Below are positions 23,479-32,000 of a DNA stretch of 32,000 bases, one piece after another (the stretch's first letter is position 1; every line of letters starts with the position of its first letter). The notes beneath the pieces were generated by a model that saw only the letters and a list, made by a program, of their open reading frames with translations, was not told the origin of the DNA and did not search any database. The DNA is from Dapis sp. BLCC M126 (lineage in GTDB: Bacteria; Cyanobacteriota; Cyanobacteriia; Cyanobacteriales; Microcoleaceae). The stretch covers positions 71,290 through 103,289 of the forward strand of contig NZ_JBNHER010000004.1 of assembly GCF_050015975.1 (NCBI RefSeq), read 5' to 3'. The position numbers were made by a program, and so were the translations under genes.

Positions 23479-24273
23479 TTACTTATTTTGCTCAAAACTT
23501 TTAAAGCGTTTTTCTACTGCACTAGCTAAAGTTTCTCGTGGCAGGAAACGAGGACTATTAACAATTACCTGATTTAACAATCCTCCTGTAACAATATTAG
23601 ACTGATTTTTTTCTAATGCTTGAAGAGCATCTTGTACTACTTCTTTTGCAGATGTCAATTTTTGTTTTGAACCTTCTCCACCAGAGTAAGGAAATTCTGC
23701 TCTCTGGAAAAAATCTGATTCTGTAGGTCCAGGACAAAGGGCTAATATATTCACCCCTGAATCTTGATTTTCTGCCCACAAAGCCTCACTAAAACTCAAA
23801 ACAAATGCTTTAGTTGCACCATAAACAGACATATAAGGCAGAGGTTGAAATCCACCAATTGAAGCAACATTAATAATTCCACCGGACTGACGTTGTTGCA
23901 TTCCGGGTAAAAATAAATGTGTTAATTCTACTAAAGCAGTAATATTTAATTGAATCATATTTACCTGCTTTTCTAGAGGTCTTTCGGCAAAATTTCCATA
24001 GTCACCAAAACCAGCATTATTAACTAATAAATCTATAGTTAATCCTTTGTGAGAAACTGCTTCAAATAGAGACTTTGTTGCTGCGGGTGCTGTTAAATCT
24101 TGAACTATTACATCGGTCTGAATTTGATATTGACTCTGTAACCTATTTGCTAATTTTTGTAGTTTATCTTCCGAACGAGCAACTAATACTAAATTGGCTT
24201 TTATCGCTGCTAATTCTTGGGCAAAAGTTTCACCAATTCCAGAAGAAGCACCTGTAATTAATGCAGTTTTCAT
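23479..24273 (-). CDS. Short-chain dehydrogenase/reductase
   Basis: 264-aa ORF with TGASSGIG, NNAG and YGATK motifs. Confidence 0.85.
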   Translation of the reverse strand: MKTALITGASSGIGETFAQELAAIKANLVLVARSEDKLQKLANRLQSQYQIQTDVIVQDLTAPAATKSLFEAVSHKGLTIDLLVNNAGFGDYGNFAERPLEKQVNMIQLNITALVELTHLFLPGMQQRQSGGIINVASIGGFQPLPYMSVYGATKAFVLSFSEALWAENQDSGVNILALCPGPTESDFFQRAEFPYSGGEGSKQKLTSAKEVVQDALQALEKNQSNIVTGGLLNQVIVNSPRFLPRETLASAVEKRFKSFEQNK

Positions 24274-24427
24274 CTAGCTTAAAATTAAGATATAACTCTC
24301 ATATTTTGATAAATTAATTATACTTCATCAGATCGGCAAACTTTAGTAGACAGTAATGTAAAATTACTACTTAGTTTACTTCTAATTATTTTTAGTATTG
24401 CCAAATTAATACTGGAGAAAAGAAATT

Positions 24428-25435
24428 ATGACTTTTCGTATTTTATGCTTAGATGGTGGTGGTATTAGAGGTGTTATGCCTGCTCGTATTCTTCAGAAAG
24501 TTGAGGAACAATTAGGTAGCCCTTTAAAAGACCACTTTGATATAATAGCTGGTACTTCAACAGGATCAATATTGGCTGTAGGAATTGGACTGGGGAAAAG
24601 CCCTGAAGAATTGCTAAATCTATATCTAGAGAAAGGCTTACAAATATTTCCCTACCAATCTCTCTTCTCACCCAAACGGCTACCACTAATTTTCCAATAT
24701 GGTCTTTCTGCTCCGAAGTTTTCAGATGAAGGCTTAATGGCCGTACTTCAGGAGCAATATGGAGAGAAAAAATTTCCTGACATTACACCCGATCCTCATA
24801 AATTGATGGATTCGTTAAAAATTCTTGTTCCTAGCTACGATACTATTGGCCGTAATCCTGTGATATTTAAGAGCTGGCATCATAATAGCTGGTATGCGAA
24901 AATTCCACTCTGGGAAATTTGTCTCTCTTCTGCCTCAGCCCCAACTTATTTTCCGGCCCACCGGATCGAACAGGATGGACAGGTATACTCCTTGATTGAT
25001 GGAGGGGTTTGTGCTAATAATCCTGTTTCCTGTGCTGTGGCAGAAGCTATCAAGTTACTACGTCAGTCTTCTAATAAATCTTTAGGAGATATTATTGACG
25101 AAATTAAAGTAATATCTATCGGTACTGGAGATCCTGCTTCTCCCATTCCCTGGGAGCAAGTGCGAGGTTGGGGACTTATTCAATGGGGTTTGCGTATTGC
25201 AGATGTATTTATGGATGCTCCCCCTGATATACATCGATATGTTGCCGAACAAATCATAGGTGGGACAGAAAATGACAGTCAATCACGCTATATTCGTCTA
25301 CAACTACCTCTCAAGGAACCATTGCTAAAAATGGATGATGCTCGGCAAACAAATTTGCAGGCAATTTTGAATGAGACGGATGCCTATATTGATCAGGTAA
25401 AAGAAAAGTTAGAAAAATTATTGGCTAACTGGTAG
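24428..25435 (+). CDS. Patatin-like phospholipase
   Basis: 335-aa ORF with DGGGIRG oxyanion loop, GTSTG nucleophile elbow and DGG catalytic Asp motif. Confidence 0.85.
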   Translation: MTFRILCLDGGGIRGVMPARILQKVEEQLGSPLKDHFDIIAGTSTGSILAVGIGLGKSPEELLNLYLEKGLQIFPYQSLFSPKRLPLIFQYGLSAPKFSDEGLMAVLQEQYGEKKFPDITPDPHKLMDSLKILVPSYDTIGRNPVIFKSWHHNSWYAKIPLWEICLSSASAPTYFPAHRIEQDGQVYSLIDGGVCANNPVSCAVAEAIKLLRQSSNKSLGDIIDEIKVISIGTGDPASPIPWEQVRGWGLIQWGLRIADVFMDAPPDIHRYVAEQIIGGTENDSQSRYIRLQLPLKEPLLKMDDARQTNLQAILNETDAYIDQVKEKLEKLLANW

Positions 25436-25484
25436 GTATAAAGTTAAAAATCAGGTGGTGGTGCATAGTAATGGTAGAGAGTGT

Positions 25485-25580
25485 GTGGGGAGATGGGGAG
25501 ATGGGGAGATGGGGAGTGTGGGAGATGGGGAGATGGGGAGATGGGGAGTGTGGGAGTACGGGAGATGGGGAGTACGGGAG
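25485..25580. repeat. Octamer tandem repeat (GGGGAGAT)n with GGGAGTGT/GGGAGTAC variants
   Basis: Read directly. It is the complement family of the 10114 array. A degenerate copy lies at 6448-6485. Confidence 0.9.
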
Positions 25581-26009
25581 AAATTAAAAATTATATAACT
25601 TAACCATTACCATGCAGGACTACCAAAAATCAAAAGTTAAAAGTTAAGTTTTTGAATTGATATTATACATTAATATCCCTTGTATTGCTAACAAATTGAT
25701 TGATTATTAAGACTGACAAACAATTCTCTTTCAATATTTATGCTACTTGTATTATAAGGAGTTACAAAGCATCCTACTGAAGTGACATAGATTCTAGCAT
25801 TTGCCATTACTCTTTAGGACATTCCCAAACTCTAAACTTTATGAATTTAACTTTTGACTCCTGCTAAAAGTCCATCAACTAGCAATTAGTATCAAAATAT
25901 TAAGGTCTATTGCATTTTCTTCACATACCTCCACAAAACCAACTACGAGACCCAACTCCGTGATACCATCCCATACTTGTATATAGAAAAAAGATTAAGG
26001 AGAAGACCT

Positions 26010-27230
26010 TTGACTTTAAGGGTTGCTGTTGTTGGTTCTGGTCCAGCGGGTTCCTCTGCTGCCGAAACTTTAGTAAAAGCAGGCATTGAAACTTATTTAT
26101 TTGAACGTAAACTAGATAACGCCAAACCTTGCGGTGGAGCTATTCCCCTTTGCATGGTTAGTGAATTTGACCTGCCATCAGAAATTATTGATCGCCGGGT
26201 TAGAAAAATGAAAATGATATCTCCCTCTAATGTTGAGGTAGATATCCATATAGAAAAAGAAGATGAATATATAGGTATGTGCCGTCGGGAAGTATTAGAC
26301 GGCTTCCTACGAGACCGCGCAGCTTCCCTAGGAGCTAACCTAATTAATGGTACAGTTTATAAACTGGATATTCCTACTAATGATAGAGATCCCTACACTA
26401 TTCATTACTCTGACCATTCAGAAGGAGATATTCAAGGAACAGCCAAAACCTTAAAAGTCGATTTAGTTATTGGAGCAGATGGTGCAAACTCCCGTGTAGC
26501 TAAAGCTATTGATGCTGGAGATTATAATTACGCGATCGCCTTCCAAGAGCGTATTCGTCTTCCTGACCATCTCATGGCATATTACGAAGACCTAGCAGAA
26601 ATGTATGTGGGGGATGATGTGTCCCCAGACTTCTACGCTTGGGTATTCCCTAAATATGACCACGTTGCTGTAGGTACTGGCACAATGAAACCTAACCAGG
26701 CCAGAATTAAACAGTTACAAGCAGGTATTCGGGCTCGTGCGGCCAAACGCCTCGAAGGTGGGGAAATTATCAAGGTAGAAGCTCACCCTATTCCTGAACA
26801 TCCTCGCCCTCGTCGGGTTCGTGGTAGAGTTGCTTTAGTGGGAGATGCTGCGGGTACTGTTACGAAGTCTTCTGGTGAAGGTATCTATTTTGCAGCTAAG
26901 TCAGCTCGGATGTGTGCTGAAACTATTGTTGAGACTTCTAATAATGGCGCTATTATCCCTACTGAAGCAGATTTGAAACTTTATTTGAAGCGGTGGGATA
27001 AAAAGTATGGCATGACTTACAAAGTATTGGATATTTTGCAGACAGTATTCTATCGTTCCGATGCTACTCGCGAGGCTTTTGTAGAAATGTGTGCTGATCG
27101 GGATGTACAGAAATTAACTTTTGATAGTTATTTGTACAAGACTGTTGTACCTGCTAATCCTTTGGTTCAAATGAAGATTACTGCTAAAACTATTGGTAGT
27201 ATGCTTCGGGGTCATGCTTTAGCACCTTAA
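26010..27230 (+). CDS. chlP: Geranylgeranyl diphosphate/chlorophyll reductase
   Basis: LTLRVAVVGSGPAGSSAAE FAD fold and full-length resemblance to cyanobacterial/plant ChlP. The TTG at 26010 is preceded by AAGGAG. The track start 25977 adds an unlikely basic extension. Confidence 0.85.
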   Translation: MTLRVAVVGSGPAGSSAAETLVKAGIETYLFERKLDNAKPCGGAIPLCMVSEFDLPSEIIDRRVRKMKMISPSNVEVDIHIEKEDEYIGMCRREVLDGFLRDRAASLGANLINGTVYKLDIPTNDRDPYTIHYSDHSEGDIQGTAKTLKVDLVIGADGANSRVAKAIDAGDYNYAIAFQERIRLPDHLMAYYEDLAEMYVGDDVSPDFYAWVFPKYDHVAVGTGTMKPNQARIKQLQAGIRARAAKRLEGGEIIKVEAHPIPEHPRPRRVRGRVALVGDAAGTVTKSSGEGIYFAAKSARMCAETIVETSNNGAIIPTEADLKLYLKRWDKKYGMTYKVLDILQTVFYRSDATREAFVEMCADRDVQKLTFDSYLYKTVVPANPLVQMKITAKTIGSMLRGHALAP

Positions 27231-27268
27231 CTAGCTATCAGCTTTTAGCATTCAGCTATCAGCTTTAA

Positions 27269-27305
27269 TTCTGTAGGGAATTGGCAGAGTAAACTCCCTA
27301 CAGAA
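27269..27305 (+). terminator. Hairpin downstream of chlP
   Basis: TTCTGTAGGGA-(15 nt)-TCCCTACAGAA is an 11-bp stem. There is no clear T-tract. Confidence 0.4.
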
Positions 27306-27586
27306 ATCTGAATCCTAGAAATATTTAAACATTTGGTACGAAGATTTTAGGAAGTTGATAATCACTTATCTATCTATAAAATTCCCAGAACTAATAAGGT
27401 TAATAAGACAAATGATTATAGCTAATTAAGTTAATCTTAAAATCCTGCCGAATATTACTTAGGGGTTTTATTATAAATTAAATAAAAAGTATTCTTAAAT
27501 GCTAATGCTTTTTTGTAAGCTCAAGGCTATAGCAGTCGAAGCAAAAATTAGGGTATAGCTAAATGCTAAAACTCACAGTCAGAGAT

Positions 27587-27635
27587 TACTTCTGACTTCT
27601 AACTTCTGACTTCTGACTTGCGCATAGCGCTATAC
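27587..27635. repeat. (GACTTCT)n heptamers fused to GCGCATAGCGCTATAC
   Basis: Read directly. It ends 2 nt before tRNA position 1. Confidence 0.8.
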
Positions 27636-27637
27636 AT

Positions 27638-27956
27638 GGGGCTGTGGCTCAGATGGATAGAGCAAGCGCCTCCTGAAGTATCGGGCACCGTGTGAGGAAA
27701 CTCCGTGAGTGAATGTGGTCAAACTCAAGGAAGCCTAAGTCTTTGATCGAGATAAGGTAATCTTGAGCCAAGCTTTACCTTATTACGGGTAAAGAAGGTG
27801 CAGAGACTAGAGTTTTAAGGAGTAATTAAAATTATCCTTAAGCGTTAGGCCACCACCTAAAGCTATAAAAGCTATGGTGAAGGGATAGTCCAGAGAGTGG
27901 GGAAACTCACACAAATCTGAAGCGCTAGGTCGCGCGTTCGAATCGCGCCAGTCCCG
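27638..27956 (+). tRNA. tRNA-Arg(CCU) interrupted by a group I intron
   Basis: Exons 27638-27674 and 27920-27956 give a 74-nt cloverleaf. Acceptor GGGGCTG/CAGTCCC, D arm GCTC/GAGC, anticodon arm AGCGC/GCGCT, loop CU-CCU-AA, T arm GCGCG-TTCGAAT-CGCGC. No CCA is encoded. Confidence 0.85.
27675..27919 (+). ncRNA. Group I (IC3-like) self-splicing intron, no ORF
   Basis: Inserted after anticodon base 36. The 5' exon ends in U and the intron ends in G. It contains GTCAAACTC..CCTAAGTC, GAGCCAAGCT, GAAGGTGCAGAGACTAGAG and GATAGTCC, strings that I recall from Azoarcus tRNA-Ile and cyanobacterial tRNA-Leu introns. Confidence 0.75.
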
Positions 27957-28217
27957 TCAATAAAGTCAAAAGTCAAAACTTTGATTGTATTTGACTTTTC
28001 TTGGGTTGTTTGGACTAAGGAATAGTATCACTACCCAGAAGTTAAAAGTTAAAAGTTAAAAGTTTAATTGTATTTGACTACAACAACTCTCTTTGTTAGT
28101 TTCCATATTGTCTATTGTTCTAAATTTACATCTCAAATGTAAATACTATGATATTATCTCTATTTCCTACTCCGGATGGTAGATAGTACTTTCTGAATAT
28201 TGATATTGAAACTGTTT

Positions 28218-28246
28218 CCATCTGTAAGACTACAGATGGTTTTTTA
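28218..28246 (+). terminator. Intrinsic terminator
   Basis: CCATCTGTA-AGAC-TACAGATGG followed by TTTTTTATTTTT. It ends 12 nt before the ATG at 28258. Confidence 0.65.
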
Positions 28247-28257
28247 TTTTTAAAGAT

Positions 28258-28848
28258 ATGGTTTTGAGGGTAGTTTCCAGTAAAAAATTATATAAAGGAT
28301 TAAAGATTTCTCGAATTTCCTGGTTTTTAGTAGGATTTTTGGTGACTTTTTGGATTAGTTACCAGCAATTTGCAGGTATTATTGAACCTCCTCAAGCTTT
28401 ATTGGTACTTGGTGGGGCCATAGAAAGAGAAGTATTTGCCGCAGAATTTGCCCAGCAACATCCTAATCTAGATATTTGGGTATCTTCTGGCACTAACCCA
28501 GAATATGCAGAATGGTTATTCTCCCAGGCAGGTATATCACAAACCCGTTTACATCTAGACTATGATGCTGTAGATACTGTAACTAATTTCACGACAATAG
28601 TAGATAAACTAAAATCCCAAGGTATTACAAGTGTTTATTTAATTACTTCTGATGACCATATGCGTCGCGCTGTAGTTATCGGACAAATTATTTTGGGTAG
28701 TAGGGGTATTACTTTTACACCCCTACCAGTTCCCTCTGGGCGATCGCCAGAACCTATTGAAAAAGCTATTCGAGATGGTATGAGAGGGATTTTGTGGTTA
28801 ACTACTGGTTATACCGGAGCCAATTTTATCCATCAATTATCCCCTTGA
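28258..28848 (+). CDS. YdcF/DUF218-family protein
   Basis: 196-aa ORF with an N-terminal TM helix. LVLGG...(E)R and ITSDDHMRRA motifs are typical of DUF218. Confidence 0.7.
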   Translation: MVLRVVSSKKLYKGLKISRISWFLVGFLVTFWISYQQFAGIIEPPQALLVLGGAIEREVFAAEFAQQHPNLDIWVSSGTNPEYAEWLFSQAGISQTRLHLDYDAVDTVTNFTTIVDKLKSQGITSVYLITSDDHMRRAVVIGQIILGSRGITFTPLPVPSGRSPEPIEKAIRDGMRGILWLTTGYTGANFIHQLSP

Positions 28849-29141
28849 GTTTCCACAGGTTCTTGGATTAAGACAAAAGGCTGTACTATTAAAGCATTAA
28901 ACTTTTTAGTATCGTTACTATTCCAAATCGACAATTGTTCTGCTGAGGGTTTATAAATAAGTTCTTGGTTCATCCAGTCTTGTACAGAAGATGTATTATC
29001 AGAAGCGATCGCTACTCCCACATCTAGCAAATCCAATTTTTGGTCTATAATTACTACAGAATCACGTTTAACATGGGGTACTAACCAATTCCATTCAGCC
29101 ACATCCAAATTTTCAGCTAATTTTTCTCTAATATCTTCCAT
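28833..29141 (-). CDS. DUF2288-family protein
   Basis: The track ORF runs to 29180, but its GTG start lies in an STRR array. ATG 29141 (MEDIREKLAENLDVAEWNWL...) is preferred. The 3' end overlaps the convergent ydcF-like gene by 16 nt. Confidence 0.6.
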   Translation of the reverse strand: MEDIREKLAENLDVAEWNWLVPHVKRDSVVIIDQKLDLLDVGVAIASDNTSSVQDWMNQELIYKPSAEQLSIWNSNDTKKFNALIVQPFVLIQEPVETQGDN

Positions 29142-29223
29142 TTTCTTTCTAACTAATCTTTTTAAATAAGCACTCAGCACTCAGTAGAATTTAGAATTTA
29201 AAATTCAGAATTCTAAATTCTAG

Positions 29224-29859
29224 TTAACGTCCTAAATCGTGCATTTTGTTAATTATATCTGCGCATTTCTGACTAACCTGTTGTAACTCTTCTTTTTTAG
29301 TTGATTCAGGAGGAGGTATAATCTCTCCTATTCTGACAGTTATTGGTACAGAGTTAGCCATCAAACCTTGACGCTTTACTGCATGAGTACCCCAAATAGA
29401 AACTGGTAATAATGGTACTTTTGCTTTTGCAGCGATTAAAGCAGCACCTAATTTTGGTTCTGTAATTCTACCATCAGGAGTCCTGGTTCCCTGTAGAAAG
29501 ATACCCACTGCCCATCCTTCTACTAAACTATTCATAGCTGAACGAATAGCACTTCTATCTGCCGATCCCCTTTTTACAGGATAAGCACCATATAGGGTAA
29601 TTATCTGTTTCAAAATTGGCACATCAAATAATTCCTCTTTTGCCATATAAGCAACAGGTCTTCTGACGGAAACAGATACAATTGGAGGGTCTAAATCGCT
29701 AGCATGGTTACTAACTATGACTAAAGGTCCCTGTTGTGGAACATTTTCGGCACCATAAATATTGCTGCGAAAATAAAAACGAAGTATAGGAACTATTACT
29801 GACCATTTTAATAAGCGATAAAGAACTAAATTCTTAACTGGTTCACGATTTCTAGTCAC
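29224..29859 (-). CDS. plsC: 1-acyl-sn-glycerol-3-phosphate acyltransferase
   Basis: 211-aa ORF with HX4D motif NHASDLDP and the FLQGTR box. Confidence 0.8.
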   Translation of the reverse strand: MTRNREPVKNLVLYRLLKWSVIVPILRFYFRSNIYGAENVPQQGPLVIVSNHASDLDPPIVSVSVRRPVAYMAKEELFDVPILKQIITLYGAYPVKRGSADRSAIRSAMNSLVEGWAVGIFLQGTRTPDGRITEPKLGAALIAAKAKVPLLPVSIWGTHAVKRQGLMANSVPITVRIGEIIPPPESTKKEELQQVSQKCADIINKMHDLGR

Positions 29860-30473
29860 AGGATTTTATCTGAATTTTAAGTAAGTCACTTTACATATAG
29901 CCTATAGCATTTTTCGTCCCAGTTGTACAGAAAATATCTATATAATTAGGGTTTGCTGAAAAAGTCTTTTTTAAGGAGTAGGGAAGTAGGAGAGTTGGGG
30001 AGTAATTTTTTTGCCCAACTCTTGCCCAAAATACTAACTTTTTCAGCATGAAGAGCAGAAAAAAAGGTACTTTTTAAAGACCTAAAAAGGCTAAAACCTT
30101 TATCTGTAGATGCTTTAAAATTTGATTGGTAAGCCCTAATTAGGGGAGATTTAACTGGGGAGTAATGTAAAATCTAGAAGCATTTCCTGCGAAATGTTAT
30201 GCAAACAGCTCTTAGCTCTCAGGTATAAACTTTTTAATGAATCAAGCAATTACTAAGATTAGCTGATCACCTTTTTATAAAAGATGGTATTAATTCTAGA
30301 AAAAATTTTCCTGGTAAATTTGTTTAATTTTCTATTGCTAAAAATAGCTTATACCAATTTGAAAAAAGAATGTTACGAATAGTAAGGGCAATAAAAAGAT
30401 TTTACAGGAGATTTACCTTTGACAAAAAATATGATTTCCCAGTTAAAAAATGATATAGAAGCTATTCCCATAC

Positions 30474-30500
30474 GACTCCTGACTCCTGACTCCTGACTCC
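30474..30500. repeat. Heptamer tandem repeat (GACTCCT)n
   Basis: CGACTCCTGACTCCTGACTCCTGACTCCT. Other STRR-type heptamer runs lie at 21183-21235 and 29171-29224 (AATTCTA/AATTCTC types) and at 27964-27978 and 28041-28063 (AGTCAAA / GTTAAAA). Confidence 0.85.
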
Positions 30501-30696
30501 TAAAAAGTTCCCTAGCGATTTGTAGCAAACATTTATCAAATTGGTATTACAACTGAGTAGATAACTATCGTTATTAATAGAATTTTATCTCAAGGTTAAG
30601 ATTTCTTTGGGAATTTTTGACAAATCCTTCTCATACTTTGTAGCAGGCAATATTTTCTGAAATATCTTTTCAAAATCAACACTACTCACCCTAAAG

Positions 30697-31578
30697 CTAT
30701 TTCCCTATTTGCTCTAAACTACTCACATTTACTAATTTTAAATCTTGACAAGTTCGTTTAATCAAACCAGTAAGCACTTTTCCAGGACCAATTTCTATAA
30801 CTTTTTCTATTCCTTCTTTTTCCATCTCTAGAGATGTTTCCCGCCATCTCACACCATTTGTCATTTGTTGCTCAAGATGCTGTTTTATTATCCCTGCATC
30901 TGTAGTAGGAGTAGGTTCAAAATTAGAAATTATCGGCACTTTAGCATTAGTAAACTCTACAGATTCTAATACTTGTTGAAATTCCCTAGATGCAGACTCC
31001 ATTAAAGGAGAATGAAAAGCCCCAGAAACATTTAATTTAACTGCACGTTTAGTCTTAACTTTTCCCAGTAAAATTTCTACTGCTTCTGGTGTACCAGATA
31101 TGACCACTTGAGCAGAATTATTATCATTTGCCAGAACTACACCAGGGGTTTGCTGAAGTTCTTCTTCGAGCTGTTTTTGGTTAAATCCCATTAAGGCTGC
31201 CATCTGTCCACCTGTGACATTATTCATTAGTTCAGCACGCTTTTTAACTAATTTTAATCCTGTTTCAAAATCGAATACTCCAGCAACATAGAGAGCAACA
31301 TATTCTCCTAAACTATGACCTGCAACTAAGTCTGGTTGAAAAGAATGAGTAAACATTTCATTTGCTAATAGACTTTCTACTACATACAAACAAGGTTGAG
31401 TATATAGAGTTTGGGATAATTTTTCTTGTTCACTTTGGCAAATTTCCATTACAGACCAACCTAAAATTTGATTAGCTTGCTCCAATTTTGTTTGAGCAGA
31501 AGGCAAGTCTTGTAAATCAATTCCCATACCTATTTTTTGAGAACCTTGTCCTGGAAACACCCATGCTGTCTTTGTCAT
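30697..31578 (-). CDS. fabD: Malonyl-CoA:ACP transacylase
   Basis: 293-aa ORF with FPGQGSQ, GHSLGEY and GAFHSPLM motifs. Confidence 0.9.
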   Translation of the reverse strand: MTKTAWVFPGQGSQKIGMGIDLQDLPSAQTKLEQANQILGWSVMEICQSEQEKLSQTLYTQPCLYVVESLLANEMFTHSFQPDLVAGHSLGEYVALYVAGVFDFETGLKLVKKRAELMNNVTGGQMAALMGFNQKQLEEELQQTPGVVLANDNNSAQVVISGTPEAVEILLGKVKTKRAVKLNVSGAFHSPLMESASREFQQVLESVEFTNAKVPIISNFEPTPTTDAGIIKQHLEQQMTNGVRWRETSLEMEKEGIEKVIEIGPGKVLTGLIKRTCQDLKLVNVSSLEQIGK

Positions 31579-32000
31579 TTTGATATTATAAATTTAACTA
31601 TGCAAAAATTTATTTTTAACTCCTAAACTTACATCATAATTTATAGATCAGTTTTCTACTTTATGAAGTATATATATTGATGGTTTTAGGAAGTAAGGAA
31701 TAAGAAGTAGAGAACAACCAAAAAATATTTGCCCCTTCACTTCTAGACTATTAATCTGGAATCTGCTGTATATATTAATAATCAGAAAAAATACTCAAAA
31801 AATACTAGAATAAAAAACGTTATAAATTTATACTTCCGAAGTAGTGGCAATTAATTAATTGCCACTAAAATCCTATTTACTGGCTGTATCTATCGTTTCT
31901 TAATTTCTATTTAACTAGCTATCAGTTTTTTCTTACAGAATCCTTCATAAATATCATTTAGCTGTTAGCTAAAAATTCTAGGGTTTTAGTCCCCTAAATT

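Noticed and set aside
24428-25435. Patatin-like phospholipase as the effector of a CBASS or other defence operon
   Set aside because: It is monocistronic and divergent from an ordinary SDR gene. No cyclase, sensor, SMODS/SAVED or NTPase partner is adjacent, and an STRR spacer and chlP follow it.
25485-25580. The octamer and heptamer tandem arrays as CRISPR or coding repeats
   Set aside because: The period is 7-8 nt with no unique spacers. This is the classical STRR-type microsatellite of heterocystous cyanobacteria.
25977-26009. N-terminal extension of chlP (MYIEKRLRRRP) from the track start
   Set aside because: It starts at a TTG with no SD. The conserved ChlP N-terminus begins at (M)TLRVAVVGSG, and AAGGAG precedes the TTG at 26010.
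1-32000. Whole window as a prophage, integrative island or plasmid segment, given a tRNA gene plus many accessory genes
   Set aside because: There is no integrase, transposase, phage structural or conjugation gene, and no direct repeat of the tRNA 3' end. Core genes (rsmB, chlP, psbQ, fabD, plsC) are interspersed throughout.

Overview
AT-rich cyanobacterial chromosomal segment. I infer a filamentous Nostocales-type genome from four observations: HIP1 palindromes (GCGATCGC) recur inside genes, almost every spacer carries 7-8 nt STRR-type tandem repeats, four copies of one MITE-like hairpin element are present, and chlP and CyanoQ/psbQ are recognisable. I call about 28 protein genes and one tRNA. 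I see no rRNA, CRISPR array, transposase, integrase or phage gene. Housekeeping content includes rsmB, a HAL2/CysQ-type bisphosphate nucleotidase, chlP, psbQ, fabD, plsC, a deacetylase, hydrolases, an SDR and a patatin-like lipase. Five things stand out. (1) The first 17 kb hold four large repeat-sensor signalling genes. Two are tandem paralogous Ser/Thr kinases that both end in a GUN4-type domain; one of them also has a TM helix, a Pro-rich linker and 7 WD40 blades. The third is a decayed NB-ARC/TPR NLR-like gene with an in-frame TGA and most of the NTPase core missing, preceded by a helical N-terminal module with a Q/N/G-rich tail. The fourth is an intact 1104-aa NACHT-HEAT STAND NTPase. The WD40 and HEAT arrays have near-identical units with variation focused on a few positions; the TPR array has units that are near-identical or identical even at nucleotide level. 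(2) A tRNA-Arg(CCU) gene is split by a 245-nt group I (IC3-like) intron. (3) About 1 kb inside the NACHT gene shows extreme G>>C strand asymmetry. (4) A kinase gene fragment is boxed by a 36-bp inverted repeat. (5) Several structured, terminator-ended spacers could be sRNAs. I cannot prove a complete novel multi-gene system from sequence alone. The STAND/kinase cluster is the best candidate and is flagged as inference.
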